DNA from: Bacteroidota bacterium
GTDB taxonomy: Bacteria; Bacteroidota; Bacteroidia; Chitinophagales; Saprospiraceae
Direction: 5' to 3'
NCBI GenBank assembly: GCA_041192405.1
Contig: JBEEMZ010000002.1
Location: 1,815 to 65,814 of the forward strand
Length of the DNA: 64,000 nt
The translations under genes and the position numbers were made by a program. Each line of letters opens with the position of its first letter. The first letter of the stretch is position 1. Below, in pieces: positions 10,409-19,608 of the stretch. The notes beneath the pieces are model-generated. The model worked only from the letters and a program-made list of their open reading frames with translations, was not told the DNA's origin and did no database searches.

Positions 10409-12379
10409 ATGAGAAAACTTTTAACAACCTTTTTTTCCGCAAATTTAATGTTGGGAACCGTCGCTGCAACGGCACAAACCCAAATTTGGCCCACCGCAGA
10501 CACCAATACCATCAATGCCAGTCAATTTAATAGAGCCAATTCCATTTTCACGCTCACGCGCACCAATACCGTCGTTCCAGTTTCCCATAAAGGATGGTAC
10601 ACCAAAGGTTTGCTATCGGGCAATGTTGCAAAATCGGATAGTGCGGTATGGCAATGGAGCGCGACGGGTAAAAGTCGGGGTGCTTATGGCATTGCAACCA
10701 GTATTCAATCGCCAACTGCTGCCAATGGTGTTGCTATTTTCGATTCCGACTGGTTGGATAGCAAAGGGATTGCAGCAGGTTTAGGGCAAGCCCCAATGAT
10801 TCACGCGGGCGAATTGGTCTCGCCCCTCATAGACGCTCGTGGGCACAATAATATCAGTCTTCGTTTCAACCAACATTATCGCAATTATTTGGCAGCTACC
10901 TACCTAAGTTGGTCGGAGGATAGCGGCAAAACGTGGAAACCACGCATTCCAATCAATACGAATATTGGGTCGAATCTGAACACCGAACCAACAACCGTTA
11001 CGCATCTTAAATTGTTGGGCAGCGTTGGCACAAGTGGTTTTAGAGTAAAATTCATTTTTGAAGGGAACTACTATTATTGGATGATAGATGATGTGAAATT
11101 AGTCAAAATTGGTTACGATATGAAGGTGAATCCCTATTTTGCCATCGCGCCAAATTACATCACGCCCAAATATCAAGTAGAAGATATGAAATTTTTCTTG
11201 AATGTGGCGAATGCAGGTAGTTATGACATGCCGAATGTGAAGGCGAAAGTTTTTGTGTATCGAGTGGATGGGATTTCAGGGAATGTGGCTTTAGTTTATA
11301 CGGATTCCTTAGCTTATGGTATGATTAAAAAAGATACTGTGATTGAAAATAAAATATTTTCGGGCAAATTATTAGCATCCGTGCTATCTCCTGGAGAATA
11401 TTATGCCCGATATCGGGTCGCAGGTGATAGCCTCGACCAAGTGCCAACGAATGATACAATAGGTTTCGGTTTTTTCGTTTCGGACTCGATATTCAGCAAG
11501 GAAAGTGGGTCTATTTCAGTGACGCGCCCATCCGATAATTTTTGGAATGCGAATGAAACCCATCATTGGCGCGTTGGCAATTATTTTTATGTCAAAACGG
11601 GTTATGGTCATACCATTACCGCCTTGACTGTTCGGCTCGGCGATTTAAGTGGACTTAAAGGGCAACGGATTAGCGCAGGTTTATATGAATGGGTGGATAG
11701 CAATAAGGATGGTGCCGTTCAACCAGGTGAGCGCACGATTGTCGCTTATGCGGATACGCTGATTCCTCAAACACAACCTGTAGGTAATACTTGGATAAAG
11801 TTTGGCATGAAAGACATCAATACTTTAAAATGGTTTTATCCGAAAAATAACAAACAATATTTGGCAATGATTGAATTTGACCCAACCAATACGACCACAC
11901 ATTTATTAGTTGGTTTCAATAAAGGGAGTCATGATTATAGTGCGATGATTTATATGAGTGATTCTTTATCGCGTGTGAATGCAGCTTTTAAACCGCGTTA
12001 CGCGCCGATTTTAGGTAAAAAGACCGATTCAGATTGGTCAACGGTCGCTTTTGGTTATAGTTTATTGCCCACCGTTCGGATGACAATGATGCCTTTCATT
12101 TTGAAAGATGAAACTTTATCAGAAGCGCACAAAATTGAAATTTTCCCTAATCCCGCCCGAGAAACCGTTACCATTTCGGTGGATTTACCGCATTCAGTGA
12201 TTGGTTTGGCAGTTCAAATATTGGATAATAACGGTCACTTGCTGGAAGAACAACTTTTCAACACCGTTCAAAAAGAAAATTTGAACTTGAATATTGAAAA
12301 TTTGGTATCGGGCACGTACCTGTTGCGCATCTTGACTCCCGACGGCACAAGCATGAAAAAATTAGTGGTTGCGAAATAA
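10409..12379 (+). CDS. T9SS-sorted secreted protein, paralog 3 of 3 (more diverged)
   Basis: 656-aa ORF with a signal peptide. It shares the motifs QIWPTADTNTINASQFNRA, GELVSP.I.A.G..NIS..FNQ.Y.N, WSEDSGKTWKP and W.IDDVKL, and has the C-terminal IFPNPA...GTYLLRILTPDG sorting domain. Confidence 0.85.
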   Translation: MRKLLTTFFSANLMLGTVAATAQTQIWPTADTNTINASQFNRANSIFTLTRTNTVVPVSHKGWYTKGLLSGNVAKSDSAVWQWSATGKSRGAYGIATSIQSPTAANGVAIFDSDWLDSKGIAAGLGQAPMIHAGELVSPLIDARGHNNISLRFNQHYRNYLAATYLSWSEDSGKTWKPRIPINTNIGSNLNTEPTTVTHLKLLGSVGTSGFRVKFIFEGNYYYWMIDDVKLVKIGYDMKVNPYFAIAPNYITPKYQVEDMKFFLNVANAGSYDMPNVKAKVFVYRVDGISGNVALVYTDSLAYGMIKKDTVIENKIFSGKLLASVLSPGEYYARYRVAGDSLDQVPTNDTIGFGFFVSDSIFSKESGSISVTRPSDNFWNANETHHWRVGNYFYVKTGYGHTITALTVRLGDLSGLKGQRISAGLYEWVDSNKDGAVQPGERTIVAYADTLIPQTQPVGNTWIKFGMKDINTLKWFYPKNNKQYLAMIEFDPTNTTTHLLVGFNKGSHDYSAMIYMSDSLSRVNAAFKPRYAPILGKKTDSDWSTVAFGYSLLPTVRMTMMPFILKDETLSEAHKIEIFPNPARETVTISVDLPHSVIGLAVQILDNNGHLLEEQLFNTVQKENLNLNIENLVSGTYLLRILTPDGTSMKKLVVAK

Positions 12380-12404
12380 TTTGAATTAAAAATTCAAGAG
12401 AAAG

Positions 12405-12445
12405 AGGAATTAAGAACGGTTTGTTCTTAATTCCTTTTCTTTTTG
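12405..12445 (+). terminator. intrinsic terminator after paralog 3
   Basis: 13-bp stem aggaattaagaac / gttcttaattcct with a 5-nt loop, followed by ttttctttt. Confidence 0.7.
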
Positions 12446-12492
12446 CAGGAAAAACAACTATTTTTGCGCCGCAAAAAAAATGCCTTTTAACT

Positions 12493-13065
12493 ATGCAGAC
12501 AGCCCGTGTCATTCTCCTTCCCGAACAATTAAATCTTGTTTTGGAACGCTTATGTTACCAACTCATTGAAGATTATGATGATTTTACCGATGTGTATATC
12601 ATTGGAATTCAAACAGGTGGTGTGCGATTGGCAACCTATCTTTTGGACAGGCTTGCCCAAATTACAGGCAAGCCCAAATCAGATTTTCCTTTCGGAAAAT
12701 TGGACATTACCTTCTATCGAGACGATTTTCGCACTCGAAAAAAACCGTTAAGCGCGCATGCAATGGAAATGCCGTTTATTATTGAGGATAAAAAAGTCCT
12801 TTTAATAGATGATGTGGTTTATTCGGGGCGTTCGGTGCAAGCGGCAATGACAGCGTTGACGCATTATGGTCGTCCGAGTTCGGTGCGCCTCTTGACAATG
12901 GTGGACAGACGGTTTCATCGTGAAATCCCTGTGCACCCTGATTATGTGGGCGTAGTCGTGGACGCGCTGGATGATGCGTATGTGCGCGTGGAACGCATGG
13001 GCGCAGGGTTTCAGCTGGTTTTAGATATTAAAAATTTAGATAAAAACCTTCCAGAGCGTTGTTAA
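12493..13065 (+). CDS. pyrR: bifunctional pyrimidine operon regulator / uracil phosphoribosyltransferase PyrR
   Basis: The ORF track starts at 12421 (TTG). The ATG at 12493 gives a 190-aa product (MQTARVILLPEQL...), which is the typical PyrR length. PRPP-binding motif VLLIDDVVYSGRS. It lies upstream of pyrB. Confidence 0.85.
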   Translation: MQTARVILLPEQLNLVLERLCYQLIEDYDDFTDVYIIGIQTGGVRLATYLLDRLAQITGKPKSDFPFGKLDITFYRDDFRTRKKPLSAHAMEMPFIIEDKKVLLIDDVVYSGRSVQAAMTALTHYGRPSSVRLLTMVDRRFHREIPVHPDYVGVVVDALDDAYVRVERMGAGFQLVLDIKNLDKNLPERC

Positions 13066-13066
13066 A

Positions 13067-13128
<62 letters not shown>

Positions 13129-13334
13129 CTATTTGGTTAAAGAAATTTTGCCACAGGTTGTGGCAAAAAGTAATTAGGAAACAGGCTGTTTCCCGATGAC
13201 TTTTTGCAAATAAAAATGTTTATTCTTAAAAAAATAAGGTGTTAAATGTTGTTGATAAATTTCATATTTAATTCAAAATCAATCAATTATAAAATTCATC
13301 ATTCATCATTTATCATTCATCATTACTTAGCAAC

Positions 13335-14258
13335 ATGACACAATTAAGTACCAAACATTTGTTGGGCATCAAAGACATCACGACGGCTGATATTCAACTC
13401 ATTTTTGAAACGGCGGATCAATTCATTGATGTCATCAACCGCCCCATTAAAAAAGTGCCGTCGTTGCGGGATACTACGATTGTCAATCTTTTTTTTGAAA
13501 ACTCAACGCGCACTCGTATCTCATTTGAACTCGCCGAACGGCGACTTTCAGCAGATATTATCAATTTTTCGGCATCGGCATCCTCTGTAACCAAAGGCGA
13601 AACGCTTTTGGATACCGTCAATAATATTTTGGCGATGAAAGTGGATATGGTCGTGATGCGTCATCCTGCTCCTGGTGCGCCGCATTATTTGGCGCAACGC
13701 ATTGATGCCAACATTGTCAACGCTGGCGATGGCACACACGAACATCCAACTCAGGCTTTATTAGATGCGTTTTCGATTCGCCGCAAATTGGGCAACGTCG
13801 CAGGTAAAAAAATTGCCATATTTGGCGATATATTGCATTCTCGTGTTGCGTTGAGCAATATTTATTGTTTAAAAAAATTGGGTGCGGAAGTCACGGTTTG
13901 CGGACCGCCGACTTTGATTCCCAAATATATTGAATCTCTTGGTGTCAATGTCTCTTATGATATTAAAGAAACCTTGAATTGGTGTGATGTTGCAAATGTT
14001 TTGCGCATTCAAATGGAACGGCAAGACATTAAATATATTCCATCATTGCGAGAATATACGCAATATTTTGGTATCAACCGCCCACTTTTGGATAGTTTGC
14101 AAAAAGAAATTGTCATTATGCACCCTGGCCCCATTAATCGAGGTGTTGAAATTACGTCAGAAGTTGCTGATTCAGGGCATTCCATTATTTTAGACCAAGT
14201 GGAAAATGGTGTAGCGATTCGGATGGCAGTGCTGTATCTGCTCTCCGCAAGGCGTTAA
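13335..14258 (+). CDS. pyrB: aspartate carbamoyltransferase catalytic subunit
   Basis: 307-aa ORF. Carbamoyl-phosphate site NSTRTR, the HEHPTQ motif, and HPGPINRG near the C-terminus. Confidence 0.92.
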   Translation: MTQLSTKHLLGIKDITTADIQLIFETADQFIDVINRPIKKVPSLRDTTIVNLFFENSTRTRISFELAERRLSADIINFSASASSVTKGETLLDTVNNILAMKVDMVVMRHPAPGAPHYLAQRIDANIVNAGDGTHEHPTQALLDAFSIRRKLGNVAGKKIAIFGDILHSRVALSNIYCLKKLGAEVTVCGPPTLIPKYIESLGVNVSYDIKETLNWCDVANVLRIQMERQDIKYIPSLREYTQYFGINRPLLDSLQKEIVIMHPGPINRGVEITSEVADSGHSIILDQVENGVAIRMAVLYLLSARR

Positions 14259-14290
14259 AATCAAGTCGTCAAAATCAATAATTATCAAAT

Positions 14291-15622
14291 ATGAATCAAA
14301 AAGATTGCTTAATTCAAGGCATTTCGCCTATCGCATTATGCGAAACGTATGGAACACCGTTATACGTTTATGATACGCAAGTCATTGAAAATCAATATAA
14401 TATATTGACTCATGCGTTTTCATCTGTCAAAAACTTGCGCATCAATTACGCTTGCAAAGCATTGACCAATTTGACTATTTTAAAATTTTTAAAACAAATT
14501 GGGTCATGTGTGGATACGGTTTCGATTCAAGAAGTTTATCTTTGTTTGTTGGCAGGTTTTGAGCCGCAACAAATTGGTTTCACGCCAAGTGGTGTGGCTT
14601 TTGAAGAAATTATTCAAGCCGTAGATTTGGGCGTGAAAATACATTTAGATAGTTTGCCTTTGATGCGCCGTTTTGGGCAAATGTATCGTTCGACTTATCC
14701 CGTTGGTATTCGGATTAATCCACATGTGATGGGTGGTGGAAATCTTAAAATTTCAACGGGTCATGTACGTTCAAAATTTGGGATTTCTATTGAGCAACTC
14801 GCTGATATTCAACAGGTTATGAAGGAAACAGGCTTAGTGATTGAAGGGTTGCATCAGCACACAGGTTCGGATATTAAGGAAGCAGATACGTTTTTGCAAG
14901 TGGCTGAAATCATGTTAGAAACAGCCTTAAAATTTCCTGATTTGAAATGGATGGATTTTGGCGGCGGCTTCAAAGTGCCTTACAAACCCGAAGAAAAAGG
15001 GGCGGACATGGAAAAATTAGGGCGAAAAATTGGGGCGCGTTTCAACGATTTTTGTAAAAAATATGGTCGTGATTTAACCTTAGTTTTTGAACCTGGAAAG
15101 TTTTTAGTTTCGCAATCGGGCATTTTTTTAGTTAAAGTGAATGTCGTAAAGCATAATCCCAATATTTCATTTGCTTGCGTAGATTCTGGATTGAATCATT
15201 TGATTCGCCCGATGATGTATGACGCGTATCATCACATTTTGAATATTTCTAATCCAAATGGTGCGTTAAAAAAATATAATGTCGTAGGATATTTGTGCGA
15301 AACCGATAACTTTGCAGAAGATAGAATGTTGCCCGAAATTTCGGAAGGCGATATATTAGGTTTGTTGAATGCGGGCGCGTATGGCATCACGATGGCGAGC
15401 AATTACAATGGTCGTTATCGTCCTGCGGAAGTGATGATTCATCAAGGCAAAGATTATTTGGTTAGAAAGCGGGAAGACATGGAATATATTTTGCAAAATC
15501 AAGTTCAAAGCGTTAATTTTGAAACAAATGGTCAAATTGAAAGTGAAATCAATGAATTGGATCCTGCTTTGCGGGCTGATGGCAAGTTGTACCGCGAACT
15601 CGCCGCAAACGATTCCATCTAA
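14291..15622 (+). CDS. lysA: diaminopimelate decarboxylase (PLP-dependent, alanine-racemase fold) with C-terminal extension
   Basis: 443-aa ORF. YGTPLYVYD, INYACKA (PLP lysine), HQHTGSD, GGGF.VPY, EPGKFLV and GAYG..MASNYN motifs. The last ~35 aa have no family-like sequence and overlap the next gene. Confidence 0.8.
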   Translation: MNQKDCLIQGISPIALCETYGTPLYVYDTQVIENQYNILTHAFSSVKNLRINYACKALTNLTILKFLKQIGSCVDTVSIQEVYLCLLAGFEPQQIGFTPSGVAFEEIIQAVDLGVKIHLDSLPLMRRFGQMYRSTYPVGIRINPHVMGGGNLKISTGHVRSKFGISIEQLADIQQVMKETGLVIEGLHQHTGSDIKEADTFLQVAEIMLETALKFPDLKWMDFGGGFKVPYKPEEKGADMEKLGRKIGARFNDFCKKYGRDLTLVFEPGKFLVSQSGIFLVKVNVVKHNPNISFACVDSGLNHLIRPMMYDAYHHILNISNPNGALKKYNVVGYLCETDNFAEDRMLPEISEGDILGLLNAGAYGITMASNYNGRYRPAEVMIHQGKDYLVRKREDMEYILQNQVQSVNFETNGQIESEINELDPALRADGKLYRELAANDSI

Positions 15623-16139
15623 ACAACCAATGCTTATTTTTGGCAATGGTTTTGTTCAAAAACCGTTTCAAAAGCGTACCATTCAAAATGAAATATTGCG
15701 TATGAATGATACGACCAACAATTATTTCTTTTTGTTGCGCCATGCGGAAAAAGATAGTTTGGGCAATTTGAGTGCGGCGGGGCGCACAAGGGCAGCGCAA
15801 TTGCCTCAAATATTTCAAAATATTAAATTTGACCGTATTTTTTCAACGGACGTTGTTCGCACGAAAGCAACGGCAATGACCGTTTGTGAAGCGCAAAAAG
15901 GGACGTTGGAATTGTATAAAAAAGAAACTCAAAAAGCATTGATAGAACAATTGATGCAAAAAAGAGGGCAGAAAATTTTGATTGTCGGGCATTCTAATAC
16001 GATTCCGTTGCTACTAAATGTTTTTAAAAAAACAGAAAAGCCTGATTATCAACAACTTGGAGATAATGAATTTAATAAAATGTTTTATGTCCGTAGCAGT
16101 GCGATAGGTCAATCGGATATAGAAATTTTTGAATATTAA
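15552..16139 (+). CDS. histidine phosphatase family protein (lipoprotein signal)
   Basis: The internal ATG at 15552 gives MNWILLCGLMASC (lipobox-like). RHAEK catalytic motif and the later GHSNTIP motif of the phosphoglycerate-mutase-like superfamily. Overlaps lysA by 71 nt. Confidence 0.75.
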   Translation: MNWILLCGLMASCTANSPQTIPSKQPMLIFGNGFVQKPFQKRTIQNEILRMNDTTNNYFFLLRHAEKDSLGNLSAAGRTRAAQLPQIFQNIKFDRIFSTDVVRTKATAMTVCEAQKGTLELYKKETQKALIEQLMQKRGQKILIVGHSNTIPLLLNVFKKTEKPDYQQLGDNEFNKMFYVRSSAIGQSDIEIFEY

Positions 16140-16150
16140 TGAACTTCTAT

Positions 16151-16199
16151 ACACGAATTTTCACGAAACGGTTTCGTGAAAATTCGTGTAATTCGTGTC
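16151..16199. repeat. 'cacgaat' family palindromic element, copy 1
   Basis: acacgaattttcacgaaac g gtttcgtgaaaattcgtgt has perfect 19-bp arms and is followed by a third half-site, aattcgtgtc. Confidence 0.9.
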
Positions 16200-16211
16200 T
16201 AAAAAGTATCG

Positions 16212-16375
16212 CTATTTTCCAAGCATTGCGGTCAATGCCACTGCAACTTTCAATGGAAAAAAATGGCAAATACAGGAGTCAAGAGCGTGCCAAGCCCAAA
16301 TCCTGAAAAAAAAGTCAAACCTGCACCTGCAAAAGCAGTTAGAGCGATAAAAAGGTACTCTGAGTGGTTTGCCAT
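16212..16375 (-). pseudogene. remnant of a TSUP (TauE/SafE) family permease gene, frameshifted and truncated
   Basis: Own translation: MANHSEYLFIALTAFAGAGLTFFSGFGLGTLLTPVFAIFFH*. The +1 frame continues after a T7 run as FFPLKVAVALTAMLGK*. FSGFGLGT(I/L)LTP.FA.FFP is the conserved N-terminus of this family, and only ~55 of the expected ~250 aa remain. Confidence 0.5.
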
Positions 16376-16950
16376 TTTGCCTTCCAATTAATATAGCCTT
16401 TGATTGAAAAAAAGGTGTAGATTAAAGACAAAATTCCCAATAAATGCGCCCCACGTTCAAAATAAACGAAAATATACGCTGCATCTATCACAATCCAATA
16501 TAACCAAGATTCTAAAATTTTTCGTGCCGTCAAAAAGGTTGTAATAATACTAAATGCCATCAAAAGCGCATCTACGTACCGCAACGCCGCAATTTCCCAT
16601 ATATCACCCAAAGGCATAATACATAAAATACCGATTGTTACGAGAATTATATGATAATAAAAAGGCAATGTAGAAATATTCGTATCGGATTGTTGCGCTT
16701 TCGCCCGCCACGTGTACCAGCCGTAAATCGCCGAACCTGCATAATAACCTTGCAACAAAGCATCCGATTTTAGATTTGCCTCAAGCGTGACGATAAACGT
16801 CAAAAGTGTACCCACAAATCCAAAATACCAACACCGCAAGTCTTCACGTGTCGCCAACATGATGTACACGCAATTAAAACCGAATGCTGCCCACTGCACC
16901 CCGCCTTGTTCGCGCATCAGCGCAACCAAATTTTCTATCCAAAGCATCAT
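16339..16950 (-). CDS. pnuC: nicotinamide riboside transporter PnuC family
   Basis: 203-aa multi-TM ORF. N-terminal segment W..FGF.CVYL..RE....W.FG and the YGWY.W motif typical of PnuC. Confidence 0.8.
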   Translation of the reverse strand: MMLWIENLVALMREQGGVQWAAFGFNCVYIMLATREDLRCWYFGFVGTLLTFIVTLEANLKSDALLQGYYAGSAIYGWYTWRAKAQQSDTNISTLPFYYHIILVTIGILCIMPLGDIWEIAALRYVDALLMAFSIITTFLTARKILESWLYWIVIDAAYIFVYFERGAHLLGILSLIYTFFSIKGYINWKAKWQTTQSTFLSL

Positions 16951-17431
16951 TCGATAAACAGTCTATGTAACGTTAATAAAAAATTTCAAACAAATTATTT
17001 ACAAAACCTTGTGTTTATTTTTTTAAGCAAGGTTCTTTTTGGAAATTTGACCCTTTATGATGGAGTCATTACTGTGATTAAAAGTTTCAAAAAGTTTTGC
17101 CCAAAGTATGCAAAAATAAGGTCAAAATACAGTGTTTTAGTATATCTAAATAAAACTTTAAGATAAGTTTAACGCAATTCGAGCGTTTTTAACCACCCAA
17201 AATACAAAAAGCTGCATTTGACGCGCCTCTTTGAAAAATGAGAACCCAACCATTCAGAATGCTTTTCCACCTCGTTTAAAGCAAAAAACATATTCATTAA
17301 AAAAAAATATTTAATCAAAATGCGCTAATATTTGTTGAAATCTACGATTTGGCTTAACATTGTCTTTATTTTTTAACTAACAACTTTCTGTTTAAAAATA
17401 AACCTTCAAAATCCAAAATTAAACTCATATC

Positions 17432-18460
17432 ATGTTTCGATTTGAACAGCCATATTATTTTTATGCGTTATTGCTGATACCTATTTTGACCTTTTTTTTC
17501 ATCCTCATGCGCAAAGCTCGTTATCAAGCCCTATCGCGTTTTGGAGAATCAGCATTAGTCAATCGGTTGATGCCCGCCGTTTCGCGCATTAAACATCAAT
17601 TAAAATTTGGAATTTTAATGATGTCTATTTTATTGATAATCATTGCGTTAGCGAATCCTCAATGGGGTATCGCACGCGAAAAAACAAAAAAAAGGGCTTC
17701 CGATATTATCATTGCATTGGATATATCCAATTCGATGCTTTCGGATGATGTAAAGCCGTCACGCCTTGAACGCGCTCGTGCGTTCACGCTTGATTTGCTG
17801 CAAGCCTTGCGCGGTGAACGGATTGGTACGATTATTTTTGCAGGAAATGCGTATTTGCAAATGCCTTTGACCGCAGATTATTCGGCGGCAGCGATGTTTA
17901 TCAAAAGCGCGAACCCCGACCAAGCCCCAACTCAAGGCACTGCTATCTCAGAAGCGATAGATTTAGCTGAAAAATCGTTCAAAAACAACCCGAATGGCAC
18001 TCAAAAAGTGTTAATTTTGATTTCGGATGGCGAAAATCATGATGATGATGCAATCGCCCGCGCCCAAAAAGCACGGGACAAAGGCATGACCCTTTTTTCG
18101 CTCGGTGTCGGGACAGCAGAAGGCGGTTTGATTCCTTATAATTTTGACAAACGTACCGATTTTAAACGCGACGACAAAGGCGAGCCCATTCGCACCAAAC
18201 TCAATGAAGATATGATGCGTCAATTAGCGACCGCAGGTGGTGGCGATTATTACAATTTGTCCAGTGTGAGTGGTATTATTCCCGCGCTTAAATCGAAAAT
18301 TGATAAAATGGAAAAACAAGAATCGGAACAACTTATGTTTAATGAGTATCAAACTCATTTTCAATGGTTTGCAGGATTTGCCTTGTTGTTGATATTATTG
18401 GAATTCATTATGCCTTATCGAAAAAGTGAGTGGGAAGAAAAAGATATTTTTAAAATATGA
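17432..18460 (+). CDS. VWA domain protein, BatB/BatA-like (aerotolerance cluster)
   Basis: 342-aa ORF. Two N-terminal TM segments, MIDAS DISNSM, a VWA fold (ILISDGENHDDD), and a C-terminal TM segment. Confidence 0.8.
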   Translation: MFRFEQPYYFYALLLIPILTFFFILMRKARYQALSRFGESALVNRLMPAVSRIKHQLKFGILMMSILLIIIALANPQWGIAREKTKKRASDIIIALDISNSMLSDDVKPSRLERARAFTLDLLQALRGERIGTIIFAGNAYLQMPLTADYSAAAMFIKSANPDQAPTQGTAISEAIDLAEKSFKNNPNGTQKVLILISDGENHDDDAIARAQKARDKGMTLFSLGVGTAEGGLIPYNFDKRTDFKRDDKGEPIRTKLNEDMMRQLATAGGGDYYNLSSVSGIIPALKSKIDKMEKQESEQLMFNEYQTHFQWFAGFALLLILLEFIMPYRKSEWEEKDIFKI

Positions 18461-18538
18461 ATGAATGATGAATGATGAATTTGTAAAATATTAATTACGA
18501 TTCATCATTTATAATTCATCATTCTATTAAATTGAAAA

Positions 18539-18700
18539 TCAATGGTTTGTATGTACATACGCCCAACCTAATAGTGGAAAAATAAGGAATGAAATCCAAA
18601 ATGGTTTCCAAAAACCACAACCTTTTTTCATTCCAAGTACGCCAATGCCGATAGAGGCAACCGTAATCGCTGCCGCAATCCATAATGTTAATAGTTCCAT
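18539..18700 (-). CDS. small hypothetical membrane protein (53 aa)
   Basis: Own translation: MELLTLWIAAAITVASIGIGVLGMKKGCGFWKPFWISFLIFPLLGWAYVHTNH*. Two hydrophobic segments. A minus-strand TAtcTTTG -7 box (caaagata on the plus strand) lies ~45 nt upstream. Too short for the ORF track. Confidence 0.45.
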   Translation of the reverse strand: MELLTLWIAAAITVASIGIGVLGMKKGCGFWKPFWISFLIFPLLGWAYVHTNH

Positions 18701-18780
18701 GACAATTTAATAATTTATTTTAAGTTACCAGTTTAAATTCACGCTCAAAGATAGTTTATAACAATCAATTTACATATACA

Positions 18781-19479
18781 ATGTATAAAAAAAATGTATT
18801 TGTTTTAATTTTATTTATATGTTCGTTAGACGCAAGTTTTGCACAAACGGCACACAGTTACGCTCGGCAAGGCGATAAAAAATTTATTACCAAAGATTTT
18901 AAAAAAGCAGAAGAGTCTTATCGCAAATCTTTGGAAAGTAAGAAATCGGATAAAATGAGTTATAATTTGGGTAACTCCATTTATAATCAACAGCGTTATG
19001 ATGAAGCGGTGAAACAATATGAACAATCTATTGCTTCGTCAAAAGATAAATCCATCAAATCCAATAGTTTTTATAATAAAGGAAATACTTATATTCAAAA
19101 AAAAGAATATCAAAAAGCGATTGAGGCTTATCAAAGTACGTTGCGTTTGAACTCAAATGATGCGGATGCCAAACAAAATTTGGCAATTGCAAAGAAAATG
19201 TTGCTCCGCGAGCAGCAGCAACAGCAGCAAAATGACAAAAATAAGCCAAATGACAAGGACAAAGAGAAAGAGAAGCAGCAACAAAAAGATAAAAATGACC
19301 CCAAAAACCAACAAAAGCAACAAAATGACCCGCAAGATGGCGAAAATAAGCAACAAAATGAAATGAATAAAACGGATTCCGAGCGTATGATGCAGATTAT
19401 GGAGGAGGAAGAACGAAAAGTGCAACAGCGTTTGCGCAAAGGCAATCCAAAACCATCTAAAAGTACCAAAGATTGGTAA
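18781..19479 (+). CDS. TPR protein, BatC-like, with Q/K/D/N-rich low-complexity tail
   Basis: 232-aa ORF with a signal peptide and TPR-like repeats (YNLGNSIYNQQRYDEAVKQYEQ; YNKGNTYIQKKEYQKAIEAYQ). It sits between the VWA and BatD genes. Confidence 0.7.
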   Translation: MYKKNVFVLILFICSLDASFAQTAHSYARQGDKKFITKDFKKAEESYRKSLESKKSDKMSYNLGNSIYNQQRYDEAVKQYEQSIASSKDKSIKSNSFYNKGNTYIQKKEYQKAIEAYQSTLRLNSNDADAKQNLAIAKKMLLREQQQQQQNDKNKPNDKDKEKEKQQQKDKNDPKNQQKQQNDPQDGENKQQNEMNKTDSERMMQIMEEEERKVQQRLRKGNPKPSKSTKDW

Positions 19480-19608
19480 AATACAGCAACGCGGCTCTGA
19501 ACAAAACTCGACTCGAAAAAAATATGACGTAGAAAAAATATAATTTATAGGCTGAATGATAAATCTTAATTGCATCATTTACCATTTATTTTAAACGACT
19601 TATACATT

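Noticed and set aside
12421-12492. Upstream TTG start giving a 214-aa PyrR
   Set aside because: The extra 24 codons overlap the terminator of the preceding gene and are hydrophobic junk. The ATG at 12493 gives the canonical length.
19131-19578. 112-aa and 141-aa minus-strand ORFs and a 69-aa plus-strand ORF within the BatC-like gene; similarly 31110-31367 and 31235-31591 in the DUF4290 tail
   Set aside because: They are artefacts of low-complexity repeat DNA (poly-Q/K/N codons read in other frames). Their composition is implausible (poly-C/F/L).
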